64,000 nucleotides of DNA, taken from Myxococcota bacterium. GTDB taxonomy: Bacteria; Myxococcota; XYA12-FULL-58-9; JABJBS01. The notes under the pieces are model-generated. The model was not told the origin of the DNA. It searched no databases and worked only from the letters and a program-made list of their open reading frames with translations. The position numbers and the translations under genes are program-made. Shown here in pieces: positions 1-10,279 of this stretch (position 1 is its first letter; each line of letters starts with the position of its first letter). The DNA is taken from positions 7,612 to 71,611 of the forward strand of contig JAYZAY010000021.1 in NCBI GenBank assembly GCA_036339465.1, in the 5' to 3' direction.

Positions 1-9
1 CTCGGACCC

Positions 10-1914
10 TTGGAAAACCTCGCCAAACAATCCCCGAATGATACATCCCTAAACCTAGCCCTTCGCAATGGACGCAAGCTCCTTCAACTCGTTAACCAGC
101 TTCTCGATTTTCATAAATTATCACAAAAAGAAAAAGCAGTAAGCCTACAGCCAGTTCAACTGGAACTCTTTACCAAATCTATTTTGAGTCAATTTCTCCC
201 AGCCTTTGAAGATAAAGACATCCAACTGAGCCTAAATGGACATCCCGCTCAATACCCAACAATTCAGACCAAATCCCCCGCCCCCATCATCCTAGCTGAC
301 GTAGATTTTCTTGATAAATCCATTACCAATCTAGTTTCGAATGCGCTTAAGTTCACCTCGTGTGGTGGATCTGTCGACCTGCGGATCGAGCAGGTTTACA
401 TTCATGGCAAACAGTGCTTCAAATTCACCATCAGCGATACCGGCTGCGGCATCAGTACCGAGGATCAAGAGCGACTCTTTCAACTATTTTCCCGCGTTGG
501 AGAAAATTCCAACCAAATTATAGGCACTGGCCTCGGGTTGGCTCTCGTTAAAGAGTGGGTCACCGCCATGAACGGTGAAGTCGGTGTCGAAAGTGAAATA
601 TCAAAGGGAAGCAATTTTTGGTTTATACTACCGAAAGCGCAAAAAGCGAGTCTCGTTGACCTTATTACTCAGCCTCTTCTTGAATCCGCGCCTACCCCAA
701 TTAGCACTCCCCCTCACGAACTACAGTCCCCTGACCACTCCCATATTCAAAATATTGCCGGTCCCAACATCTTAGTCGTCGACGACACACCCGATATGCA
801 TCGCTTCCTTCAAACGGTATTAAAAGGACACGGATATCGCGTCACAAGCGCAAGCAATGGTCAAGAAGCACTCAATCAAATCAAGCTAAAACAGCCTCAA
901 TTAATCATTTCTGATTGGATGATGCCGGGAATGCACGGGCCAAAGCTCATTCAATTACTCAAAGAAAATCCCAATACCACCACAATTCCAACTTTAATGC
1001 TTACCGCAAGATCCGATGCGCAGAGTCGAGCTCAAAGCGCTGAGTCGGGGGCTGACGCCTTTCTCGGAAAACCATTCGAAGTGCGCGAACTTCTGGCAAT
1101 TATTAGAAACCTACTTGCCCTTAAATCGAAAGAGCATGAATTGAGTAACACCCTCCAAAATCTTCAAAACACTCAAGAAAAACTAGAAGCACAAGCACGC
1201 ATGGCGGCACTTGGAAATCTAATCACAGGGGTTACCCATGAAATCGGCAACCCACTCAATATTATGCGCAACGGCCTATCTGAACTAAATTTACGATTCG
1301 AATTTCTGATTGCTGAACTCCAAGCTCCCCAAAAGAAGATACCTCCCAATGCGGATGTTTTTAATGAAACTCAAAATCTACTGCAGCTCGTTACAGAAGC
1401 CACATCTCGGGTCGATAGAATCGTCATGGACCTGCGCGCCTACACAAAACAAAAATCGGACTCTGAGTATTTTCACCTTCGAAACTCTGTCAACACAACC
1501 CTAAATCTCTTCGGTAGAAACTTTGCAGCAGAAAATATTAAAATAGGTGTTTCCATTCCCACATCGCTCAAAATAAAATTCCCACGGGGTAAGTTCGACC
1601 AAGTGCTAACGAACCTACTTCTAAATAGCCAGGAAGCAATGCCCGAGGGTGGCAAAATAGAAATCAGCACAAAAACAATGAACCGCTCTATCGAATTGCA
1701 TATTATCGATTCTGGTCCTGGGATCCCTTTCGAAATAAAAGACGAAATCTTTGACCCATTTTTCTCCACAAAAAACCTCTCTAAATCCACCGGACTCGGC
1801 CTTGCTATCAGTCGTGAAATCATGCTGCAGCACGGTGGAAATCTATCGATACTCCCCTGTGAAACAGGAGCTCACTTTTCTATAGGGTTCCCCACAATGG
1901 CTCAACCCATCTAA
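10..1914 (+). CDS. Hybrid sensor histidine kinase / response regulator, 5'-truncated by the window edge. The visible domain order is HATPase, receiver, HisKA, HATPase.
   Basis: The ORF is open from the window edge. The first HATPase_c G-boxes are DTGCGIS and GTGLGLALV. The receiver domain carries ILVVDDTPDMHRF...ISDWMMPGMHG...LMLTARSD. A second HisKA H-box is VTHEIGNPLNIM. The second HATPase_c carries NLLLNSQEA, IDSGPGIP and STGLGLAIS. Confidence 0.8.
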   Translation: MENLAKQSPNDTSLNLALRNGRKLLQLVNQLLDFHKLSQKEKAVSLQPVQLELFTKSILSQFLPAFEDKDIQLSLNGHPAQYPTIQTKSPAPIILADVDFLDKSITNLVSNALKFTSCGGSVDLRIEQVYIHGKQCFKFTISDTGCGISTEDQERLFQLFSRVGENSNQIIGTGLGLALVKEWVTAMNGEVGVESEISKGSNFWFILPKAQKASLVDLITQPLLESAPTPISTPPHELQSPDHSHIQNIAGPNILVVDDTPDMHRFLQTVLKGHGYRVTSASNGQEALNQIKLKQPQLIISDWMMPGMHGPKLIQLLKENPNTTTIPTLMLTARSDAQSRAQSAESGADAFLGKPFEVRELLAIIRNLLALKSKEHELSNTLQNLQNTQEKLEAQARMAALGNLITGVTHEIGNPLNIMRNGLSELNLRFEFLIAELQAPQKKIPPNADVFNETQNLLQLVTEATSRVDRIVMDLRAYTKQKSDSEYFHLRNSVNTTLNLFGRNFAAENIKIGVSIPTSLKIKFPRGKFDQVLTNLLLNSQEAMPEGGKIEISTKTMNRSIELHIIDSGPGIPFEIKDEIFDPFFSTKNLSKSTGLGLAISREIMLQHGGNLSILPCETGAHFSIGFPTMAQPI

Positions 1915-2446
1915 AACACAAGCTTTGGCCACTTCAATCCAACATTTTATATAGCCTCTAAAATCTCCCTCCAAACGCAGACAGCCATCAAGTATGGAGC
2001 AACTTCCATGGTGCGTATGGTCACGGATTACCGCTAAATTCGCGTTACATGAACCATTGCCATAGGAGTCGCGAAATTAGAAGTTGCCGATAAACCAGAA
2101 GCCATATGCAATCGCGCAAATAACGCGAGGTCTGCTCACAAGCGTTTGGAGAATTTTCTCGGTCGTAATTTCAAAACAAAAAGTGGGTGTGCGCTAAATC
2201 ACCTTTAAAGATATCTGGCTGTCTAAGTCCGTCAGTTCTGTCGACAATCGACAGTCATCCTGGACTTCTAAATCACACCACTTCGTTCAACCACAAAAAC
2301 CCTTCTCATATTTCAGACACTTAGGCGATCCGTCTGCAGCATCACGCACTTGGCACAACATTTGAAATAGCTATCTCGTCACGGGCTGCGGTCACCAAAT
2401 CAAATAGGGACCAAAACTCTCGACATAATCATCATCTTAATTTGAT

Positions 2447-4474
2447 TTGGAGCAACCAATGAAGAGAGCAAAAACCTCGCAGGTTCGGAATCAATCCTGC
2501 CTAGGTCACCCCCAAGAAACATCCAGCGATTCCCCACTCCAAAGGATTCGAAGGCTCCTAAAAGTAGGGATCTACGTAGGGCTCATTGCCGGGGTAATGG
2601 TTCCTACATCCTCTACGGCAGCCTCGAAAGTGCCATCAAGAAACAAGAGCAACACAACGAGCGTTGTTGCTAATCGGGCGGTGGTCGAGAAACCGACTCA
2701 AGCCATGACATCGGTCAAAAACGGTCCTTGGATCCGAAAGACTTTTCGTGACCATGAGGGTGGAATTTCCCGTGTTTTGGCTGAAATTGCTCCACTCGAG
2801 GTCTCGACAGACCTAGAGACCTTCGCCCCCATCTGGGCTCAAGATTCAAGGCTAATCGTTAGAATCAACAACGATGCTTCTGGCATCACCGAAACCGTTT
2901 TGCCCGAAGTCGCCGACGAAACCGGAATTGAACACATAACCTTTCCGGATCAAACGGTCGTCCACGACTACGCTCCAAGCTGGCTCACCGGAACATTAAA
3001 AAGATGTTTTCGGAACAAAAAATTCAAATTAGCAATTGAGGATATCGAGGCAGACGCCCCCATCAAAAGCGATTCCCTTATTGCTGAGTTCCGAAACAAC
3101 AAAAAACTACGGACAGATATAGATCTCTCCGGTTTTTCTCTGGATGCGAAACTTGTTTTTACTTGGAATCACCGCGACACATGGTGGTGTAATACATTCG
3201 CCAATGACTATAATCTTAGTGCCAACGTCAATGCCTACGATGTCGGTGGCGAACTAGACGTACAGTTCTCCACTTCCGATTCCCGCATTAATATTAGCTC
3301 CATCGATAAGTTTAACCTGAATGTTGATAATATTTCCTTCGATTCCAACTTCCTTAATTCGGTGGTTAATTTGGGATTAACCGTGGTCGATATGTTCGCA
3401 GATGTTGGATGTTCAAGCCTAACCTCCTGTGTAAACATGGTCATCGACGATTTGGTAGAAGATAATGCCAAACTACAAGATAATCTCGTCGCCGCGCTAA
3501 ACGATGCCATAGAGGCACCTGCGGTTGTTTCTGGTGGCATCAGTCAAGACGGTTTCGAGATCGACTACACCGCATCTCTAGATGAGCTCAGCACTTCCAA
3601 ATCTAAAGACCGATTGTCAAGCTATTGGAATATCGAAATCGATAGTGATGCAACTGTAGATAGCTGTGCCAATGCATTAAGGAAAACATCCTATCAACTC
3701 GACCCCTCAAGCTACACCACAAACAGCGACGGAGAAGTTGTCATTCCATATTCATTACTGAGTCAGGTCATCTATAAAATTGGAAAACAAGGCGTATTTT
3801 GCAGTGATTTCGAGTGGGAGATCGACGGCCGAACTCTGAACGCAAGTATCGTCCCCGATGGCGCCTTCAATATTTCCTCTGGCGCGGATTCATCCAGCCT
3901 AGACGAGACTAACATGGTATTGACCTTTCCAATCAAAGTTACGTTGACCGGCTCTCGGGATATCTCCGGAGAAATTACCGGCGAACTAGAAATCACCACC
4001 ACTCTTTCGGTGGATGAGGACGCTTTGGTCCTTAACGTTGATTCAGCAACCTTAGAAGACCTCTCTGGTGCAATTGACATTGACCTCGGAATCACAACCA
4101 TTAGCGTTGACCCATCCGACCTCGATTTTGAAATCCAAGATGCGATCGAGGGTGAGCTAGAAGCAAGAATAACATCCTTTGCACTCCTTCCCAAATTGAC
4201 CGACGTTTCTGACCTCGGTGACCTTTGCCTGGAAATAGATAGCGTTGATTCGGATGGCGTTTCTGTGGCGGTTGGCTTTGGTTTTGAACGAAACAGCAGC
4301 TGCTCCACTTCCAGTGGCGGTGGCGGAGGTGGCGGAGGTGGCGGAGGTGGCGGTTGGAAGCGTCCCCTCCCACATGTTTTTGACCTCTTTCTTCCTGGTG
4401 ACGACGACGAAAGCGATGACGACGATCTAGAAGGTGGTTTCGGTGCCGAGGCAGAAGAAGCCATAGCGCCTTAG
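2447..4474 (+). CDS. Hypothetical signal-anchored or secreted protein (675 aa) with a G13 tract followed by an acidic DDDESDDDDLEGG tail.
   Basis: The ORF is long and uninterrupted. A hydrophobic segment, LLKVGIYVGLIAGVMVPTSS, follows a basic N-terminus. The poly-Gly stretch is encoded by (GGCGGAGGT)x3 at about 4318-4350. I recognise no family. Confidence 0.5.
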   Translation: MEQPMKRAKTSQVRNQSCLGHPQETSSDSPLQRIRRLLKVGIYVGLIAGVMVPTSSTAASKVPSRNKSNTTSVVANRAVVEKPTQAMTSVKNGPWIRKTFRDHEGGISRVLAEIAPLEVSTDLETFAPIWAQDSRLIVRINNDASGITETVLPEVADETGIEHITFPDQTVVHDYAPSWLTGTLKRCFRNKKFKLAIEDIEADAPIKSDSLIAEFRNNKKLRTDIDLSGFSLDAKLVFTWNHRDTWWCNTFANDYNLSANVNAYDVGGELDVQFSTSDSRINISSIDKFNLNVDNISFDSNFLNSVVNLGLTVVDMFADVGCSSLTSCVNMVIDDLVEDNAKLQDNLVAALNDAIEAPAVVSGGISQDGFEIDYTASLDELSTSKSKDRLSSYWNIEIDSDATVDSCANALRKTSYQLDPSSYTTNSDGEVVIPYSLLSQVIYKIGKQGVFCSDFEWEIDGRTLNASIVPDGAFNISSGADSSSLDETNMVLTFPIKVTLTGSRDISGEITGELEITTTLSVDEDALVLNVDSATLEDLSGAIDIDLGITTISVDPSDLDFEIQDAIEGELEARITSFALLPKLTDVSDLGDLCLEIDSVDSDGVSVAVGFGFERNSSCSTSSGGGGGGGGGGGGGWKRPLPHVFDLFLPGDDDESDDDDLEGGFGAEAEEAIAP

Positions 4475-4534
4475 AAAACTTCGGTAAAAGAAAGCACTTC
4501 GTAAACACATGCAAATGCATGAATCAAAATAAAA

Positions 4535-5272
4535 ATGGATGAACAACACATAAAGGAAATGAACATGTTAATACCCAAGAATATCTTTTCAACTCCAAAA
4601 CTCACCAGTGGACTTATCACTGTAGCATTGATGTTCAATGTCGGATGCGGCGAAGAGCTTCAGGTTTCAGAAAAAGACATGGAACCAGAAGAAATCAACA
4701 GTTCCTCAGAAGAACAATCCCTTTACTTTAATGAAGAGGTAGCACAATTTATCTTCGAAGGCTTGGAAGGGCATCGAGATCTCGATGAAACCATCCAATA
4801 CACAATTCAGATTCCCCAAGAAGACGGAACAATTCGAGAAGATACCATCATTCTTGGATTTGAAGAAGTCATCCAAAAGAAGGGGCAAGAAGGTGTGCCT
4901 ACCGGAAGCTTGGCCTTTGGAATGGACTACAGTCTATCCTATTGTGTTTCTGACCGAGAGCATTACGTCTCCAAAACAATTTGGGCCACCTCTTGTAGCA
5001 AGTCCTCAGCTCGTAGCTCGTCGGATTACTGGTCGGGCTACTATGCCAATAATGCATGTGACAGTGTCCTAGACGTCAGTGATTACGATGATGAATGTGA
5101 CCCACACAGGTTCACAAATAACATCTGTGTCGACGAAACCTATGACGACACCATCTCTGAATATCGTTATGGTAGCAAGGTGTGCGGAGTTTGGCCTTTC
5201 CGCTCCAAGAAGTGGAAAGTGACTCACAAAACTTCGGGTTATTGTGGCTTCAGTTGCAGAGCATCCCTCTAA
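4535..5272 (+). CDS. Hypothetical Cys-rich secreted protein, possibly a lipoprotein.
   Basis: The N-terminal hydrophobic segment LITVALMFNVGCGEE suggests a signal peptide ending in Cys. The C-terminal half is Cys/Tyr-rich (at least 10 Cys). The true start is probably Met9 or Met11. Confidence 0.45.
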   Translation: MDEQHIKEMNMLIPKNIFSTPKLTSGLITVALMFNVGCGEELQVSEKDMEPEEINSSSEEQSLYFNEEVAQFIFEGLEGHRDLDETIQYTIQIPQEDGTIREDTIILGFEEVIQKKGQEGVPTGSLAFGMDYSLSYCVSDREHYVSKTIWATSCSKSSARSSSDYWSGYYANNACDSVLDVSDYDDECDPHRFTNNICVDETYDDTISEYRYGSKVCGVWPFRSKKWKVTHKTSGYCGFSCRASL

Positions 5273-5980
5273 TTAATAAGCACGGGGTCGATGATTCGGC
5301 CCCATACCGCCATCTCTCCTTCCCTGGTCCATCCCAATTCCAAATACCGACCTAAAAACTTTCATTTTGGCACGTCGCTCAAACCGCAAAGTAACGCATT
5401 GAAACAAAGACCGATTCAACATTCATGCATTTCTCTTTAGATTTTCTCATGCCAATTCAGAACGGCCGATGACCCGAAACAATCAATGAACCGAACCAGT
5501 AGGGTTTTATACCGAAAAACGAGGCCTGCATCTCAATGTAATTCCGCTTTCTGCCGAAAGTGATAGAGGTAAACAACTGCATTGGCTCTCTTTAAAATGA
5601 GGAAATGGGCGAGGCCGCAGCTGTGGCATGCACTGCTTCCTCCTCACTACAGAAAAGAGTGAAACCGTTCGTAATTCTTTAGACAGTAATTCCCATTCCA
5701 CCCGGCTTCATCAGCCCGTCAAAAAGATCTGCTATCCCATGGTGGTTCCCAAGTCTCACAAGCCCTGAGCAACCCCACGGCCATACCGCAAGACAATCAC
5801 AACAATATCCACCCCTTAAGCCTGCAGGTACTGATAAATCTGCTGCTAAATTAGCGTCCATTTCCACTCAAGCCACCGCCCAATTCGTCGATATCTCTCC
5901 GACGAGACTCAGACACCCATGGAAGAAGCTCAGCGGTTAATTTCTGCCCCCAAGCTTCAACCCAACGGAGAGGATTATCC

Positions 5981-7426
5981 TTGCCAAAGATTTCACCACC
6001 TCTCTCGAACCAAGTTTCGAATGAGCAAGAGTCAGAGGTTCGTCGCCAATATGAAGACTATCCCTTCCCCAGGGTCGTGCCCGATGACGAAAAACGTCGG
6101 TTGGTCGTAACGCCTCAGGATACACTCTCAAAGATCTCTCATTTTTGCTTTGAAGGAAAAGCCAACTTCAATGACAATTTTAGAGTCCTAGTCGCTGGTG
6201 GTGGCACAGGACACGCATTGATTTTCCTCGCCGAGCAACTAAGCGCAACATCCGCCGAAATCGTCTACCTGGATCTGAGCGCACAATCGATGCAAATTGC
6301 ACAAGAGAGGGCCAAGATCCGCAAATTAAGAAACATTCAATGGCACCGCGGTTCTATTCTACAAGCACCCGACTTAAACCTTGGACAATTCGACTACATT
6401 AATTGTACCGGTGTACTTCACCATCTCCCAGACCCCACTGCTGGTTTACAAGCCCTTAAAAATTGCCTCAAACCCAGCGGTGCCATGGGGCTCATGGTTT
6501 ATGGAAAGTATGGTCGAACTGGCATTTATCAAATTCAAGAACTCATGCGGCTAGTTAACAGTGGCCTTACCGACAATTCGAGCAAAGTCGAAAATACCAT
6601 AAATATTCTAAAGGATCTTCCAGTCTCCCACTGGCAGCTTAGAGGAAAAGACAAAGAACAATTCCTCGACTCTCATCTCCAAGACCACCATGACATCTTT
6701 GACCTCTTTCTCCACAGCAAAGATCAAGCCTACAGTGTGCCTGAAGTTTACGACTATATTGAAACATGTGGCCTCAAAGTAAACGCCTTCACCCATTTTC
6801 ACCCAGATCCAACCGAATTACTCAAATACGAACCAAGAACCTTCATTAAGGATAAGCCCCTCTTAGAAAGAATACGTTCGTTTCCTAAGCGCAATCAGAT
6901 GGCTGTGGCCGAATTACTTAGTGCCGATATCTCCTTACACACCTTCTATGTATCCTTCCGCCACACAGCCACAGCCTGCATCAATAACCTCGACAACATT
7001 CCTTATTTGATTCATGCAACAAGTGACTCTTCCCCAGTCTTCTCCACTGAAAGCTTTGACGATTTATCGAAGAGCGTGGCTCAAAACCCCAATAAACCCT
7101 TGATCATTCGAAACCCAATCGCTCCAAGTATACTCGTACCTTACACGAAATATCTGGCTTCGATTCTACAACACCTCGGTGGTGAAAATACCATCGAAGA
7201 AATAATTCAAATGGTACAACGCGAATTTGATGCCCAAAACCGAGAGGCCCACCACCCAACAGACATTCATCGAGAAATTAAACAGCTCTATCACGCTCTC
7301 CATTCAATTGGCTGGATGTTTCTACGGCACCGAAGTATGCCAGGACCTCCTTGTTTGAGGAAGTTGAACAAGATCAAAACCTCTTCCTTTGGCCACACCC
7401 CTCTCAATTCTCAGGAAATCGTATGA
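5981..7426 (+). CDS. Class I SAM-dependent methyltransferase (481 aa).
   Basis: Motif I, VLVAGGGTGHALIFLAEQL, is followed by an acidic motif (VYLDLS), INCTGVLHHL and LKPSGAMG. This is the classic Rossmann MTase order. The gene ends in ATGA, overlapping the next gene's start. Confidence 0.7.
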   Translation: MPKISPPLSNQVSNEQESEVRRQYEDYPFPRVVPDDEKRRLVVTPQDTLSKISHFCFEGKANFNDNFRVLVAGGGTGHALIFLAEQLSATSAEIVYLDLSAQSMQIAQERAKIRKLRNIQWHRGSILQAPDLNLGQFDYINCTGVLHHLPDPTAGLQALKNCLKPSGAMGLMVYGKYGRTGIYQIQELMRLVNSGLTDNSSKVENTINILKDLPVSHWQLRGKDKEQFLDSHLQDHHDIFDLFLHSKDQAYSVPEVYDYIETCGLKVNAFTHFHPDPTELLKYEPRTFIKDKPLLERIRSFPKRNQMAVAELLSADISLHTFYVSFRHTATACINNLDNIPYLIHATSDSSPVFSTESFDDLSKSVAQNPNKPLIIRNPIAPSILVPYTKYLASILQHLGGENTIEEIIQMVQREFDAQNREAHHPTDIHREIKQLYHALHSIGWMFLRHRSMPGPPCLRKLNKIKTSSFGHTPLNSQEIV

Positions 7427-8337
7427 ATCTCAAAGACATATTCAAAGAGGTTAAACCGTATCAAACAAAAAAAGATTGGCCCTCACTTTACGAGTATACC
7501 TCGAATCTAAAAAGCGCCGACCTAGCAGGAAACGACATCACCATTTCATTCGCCCATTATTTTCGTTCTCTTGCGGCCTACAATCTAGGACAACTAGATG
7601 AATCATGGTCCGAAATAAAATTATCCATTCAAGCCATGCCCATCAATCGATATAGCCAGAGACTCCGTGACCGAATCCAAAATGACTACGTAGCGAAGGA
7701 TCCACCCAAGTTGTTTGGAATCGTTTACAGTTGCCAAAAATACCTAGACAGAGCAAAAATTGTTCACGAGAAAATTCGCTCAAGCATTACCTCCAAAATC
7801 ATTGTCGGTAATCCAGATCAACAAGAATTATTCGTAGAAGATGGTGATATTACCTACCTCAAAGTATCCGATAATTACGAATCACTTCCGCTGAAAACGA
7901 CTGCAGCATTGGAATATGCATTCTTGCGCTATCCACAGTCAGCTTGTATCAAAATAGATGACGATCTAGACATCCAAAACCCTGATCAATTATTTAACAG
8001 CGTACAACAAAGCATCGAGAGCAAAAAACATTATTTTGGCCACCTCATGGGAGAAGATCTGCACTGTAAATCGTGGCATTTCGGTAAATGTGAAACCCTG
8101 AAATTTAACCGACAGCTCTATGGTCGCCCCTATCTCGGACAATGGTGCAATGGCCCATTCTATACACTTTCACGCGAAGCCATTGAAGCCTTCAATTACT
8201 TCAACACCAGGTACCCATCCTATATATCAGGGGAGCTCTTCGAGGATAAGTATGTGGGCGACGTCTTGCGTAATCAAGGCATCATGCCCACCCACATAAG
8301 TTTTTCTCAACACATCGAATCAAACCAACATGTCTAA
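7423..8337 (+). CDS. Putative glycosyltransferase, GT31/Fringe-like with a DxD motif.
   Basis: The start is inferred at the ATG of the ATGA overlap (MNLKDIF...), not at the ORF-track start of 7351. The segment YLKVSDNYESLPLKTTAALEYAFLRYPQSACIKIDDDLDI resembles the conserved core of galactosyltransferase/Fringe-type enzymes. This is a family-level guess only. Confidence 0.4.
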   Translation: MNLKDIFKEVKPYQTKKDWPSLYEYTSNLKSADLAGNDITISFAHYFRSLAAYNLGQLDESWSEIKLSIQAMPINRYSQRLRDRIQNDYVAKDPPKLFGIVYSCQKYLDRAKIVHEKIRSSITSKIIVGNPDQQELFVEDGDITYLKVSDNYESLPLKTTAALEYAFLRYPQSACIKIDDDLDIQNPDQLFNSVQQSIESKKHYFGHLMGEDLHCKSWHFGKCETLKFNRQLYGRPYLGQWCNGPFYTLSREAIEAFNYFNTRYPSYISGELFEDKYVGDVLRNQGIMPTHISFSQHIESNQHV

Positions 8338-8372
8338 TATCACAAATTGAAACTTATTGCCGGAGAAATGAA

Positions 8373-9320
8373 ATGAATAACAGTCTGCTGAAAGTTCCAT
8401 TGGTCACGGTGCTACCAACCGACCGAATCGAAATAGGTATTCCTTCCCGAGGTCGAAATCTGAATCTCGTTTCTCTGCTTCAAGCTCTCCGGACCCAAAC
8501 GTTTCAAAACTGGGATTTAACAATCGTCGATGATAATCCCGATGATTCGATGAAAAACTGCTTCTCATTGCATACCACTATCAAATTGCTCGAAATAGAA
8601 GGCCATCGAGTAAGAGTTCTGGAAGGACCCCACACCGGACTCATTTTCGCTCAAAATATCTTACTTACAGCCTGTCGCAAGAAAGTGATGGCACGATTGG
8701 ATGACGATATAATTCCTCAACCAGACTTCATCGAGAAGTTAATGCATCATTTTTATCACGATACCGACCAACGCTTAATTGCCGTTGGCGGTTCAATTCC
8801 CCAAATCGCAACCAACCAAGCAAAAGACTACCAACTGCCACCACAATCCGAACTCCTAGGCTACGCTCCATTTGAATACCCTGAGTTCAGATACGTTCAC
8901 CCAACCGGAGCCCAACCAAAACGTGTAAATTCCTTATATTCAAGTTTCTGCTATAAAACGGAAGTATTCAAATATGCGGGTGGTTTCTCCCACAGTTACT
9001 CCCCCATCGCCGAGAAAGAGGATACCGACATTTGTTTACGTTCGGCTTCTCTTGGCGGGCGACTCATCTTCGAACCCAGGGCTTTAGCATGGCATCTCAA
9101 GGCACCTATGGGTGGTATTCGGAATGTCACAACCGAACAACGTCAAGTATTCTTTCATGAAGATACCTTGAATTTTCGCAAACGTGCCAACCAGATCAGA
9201 CTTAGAGTCTTTGATTATGCCCTAGAGCGAAAAACCAACCTTGAAAATTACGTCAATTGGTTGGGGCTTGAAGACCATCAAAGTGGCTACATTCCCCCCC
9301 CCATTTCATCCGCTGCCTAA
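8373..9320 (+). CDS. Family 2 glycosyltransferase.
   Basis: The N-terminal GT-A signature is IEIGIPSRGRNLNLVSLLQALRTQTFQNWDLTIVDDNPDD, with a later ARLDDD motif. A C9 homopolymer at 9294-9302 lies in the last codons (IPPPI). Confidence 0.7.
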   Translation: MNNSLLKVPLVTVLPTDRIEIGIPSRGRNLNLVSLLQALRTQTFQNWDLTIVDDNPDDSMKNCFSLHTTIKLLEIEGHRVRVLEGPHTGLIFAQNILLTACRKKVMARLDDDIIPQPDFIEKLMHHFYHDTDQRLIAVGGSIPQIATNQAKDYQLPPQSELLGYAPFEYPEFRYVHPTGAQPKRVNSLYSSFCYKTEVFKYAGGFSHSYSPIAEKEDTDICLRSASLGGRLIFEPRALAWHLKAPMGGIRNVTTEQRQVFFHEDTLNFRKRANQIRLRVFDYALERKTNLENYVNWLGLEDHQSGYIPPPISSAA

Positions 9321-9465
9321 TTCTAACCCCGTCTTCAAATACCCAAGCATCGCATGTGCCCTTCAAATACGAGCCCATCAATGTTCTAAGCTTCCCTAGA
9401 CCGTATATCGACATCATCCGATAAATCCTCTAGGTTGGCACTCATTCACAAGCAGAGAGACACCT

Positions 9466-10203
9466 ATGACGATTCTCATCACCCTCCTCACCTTCAGCTA
9501 CCTCACAACTCCTTCGAATCCTCATCCAGACGACGTTCTCAAGAATCTTAACTCAAAAGATGCAATAATCAGAAGCAAAGCCGCATCCATCTATGCAAAA
9601 AATTGTCGCTCCGGGCGCTCGCGCCACCTCTTCCGGAGACACCGAGCCATGAATGCTGCCTTCGCCAAAACCCTCGGGGATCCGGATTCTACGGTTCGGC
9701 TCAATGGCATTGAAATGTCTGTTTGCCTTCAACCGAACAAAGCAATCGAAAAATTAAACCCCAAAGTCAGTGACCACGCGGCACAAGTGAGCCTCGCGGC
9801 AATGACTCGGCTCGCCCACTTAGAAAACCCCCTCGGAAGCGCGGCCGTCATCCTATGGCTTACAAAACACCAAACCCCCTGCCTGAATGGGCAATCTGAC
9901 CTTCTAGAAAGGTGTATTTTTGCGGCCTATACCCTTGGCCAAACTTCGCAACACGAACCCCCAGGCGCCGCCACACGATTAAAGGTAAGCCAAACTCTCA
10001 GAAGATTCATAGCAGCTCCATCCGCGAAATTAAGAGAAGTAAGTGTGGTTGCACTTTCTCTCGCTGGGCACCGAAACGACACCGAATCCATTTTAAGATT
10101 AATCGCTCAAGAAAAAGCAGGCGTCTTCAAAAACCAAAACTCACCAGCGACGATTTCCCAGTTTGAGTCCATTGCTCGACAATTGAAACAATCGAAGGAG
10201 TAG
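9466..10203 (+). CDS. Hypothetical protein (245 aa), possibly an alpha-helical repeat protein.
   Basis: The ORF is clean and runs convergent to the PglX genes. No family was recognised. Confidence 0.4.
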   Translation: MTILITLLTFSYLTTPSNPHPDDVLKNLNSKDAIIRSKAASIYAKNCRSGRSRHLFRRHRAMNAAFAKTLGDPDSTVRLNGIEMSVCLQPNKAIEKLNPKVSDHAAQVSLAAMTRLAHLENPLGSAAVILWLTKHQTPCLNGQSDLLERCIFAAYTLGQTSQHEPPGAATRLKVSQTLRRFIAAPSAKLREVSVVALSLAGHRNDTESILRLIAQEKAGVFKNQNSPATISQFESIARQLKQSKE

Positions 10204-10279
10204 ATTTCCAAACCACCTCTAAACCTCAGCCACGAGACGAGAAAGCCTCCGTTATGGGCACGAACACCATCCTCCTGCA

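Noticed and set aside
3772-4520. Antisense ORFs (230, 139 and 72 aa) inside the 2447..4474 gene, including a poly-Pro peptide.
   Set aside because: They lie opposite a long well-formed ORF. The poly-Pro is just the reverse complement of the poly-Gly coding repeat.
5272-5981. A 700-bp gap with small ORFs (5507..5701, 5679..5867), considered as a possible ncRNA or tRNA locus.
   Set aside because: I could not recognise a tRNA cloverleaf or a conserved ncRNA motif by eye, and the ORFs are short with no support. The region is left unannotated.
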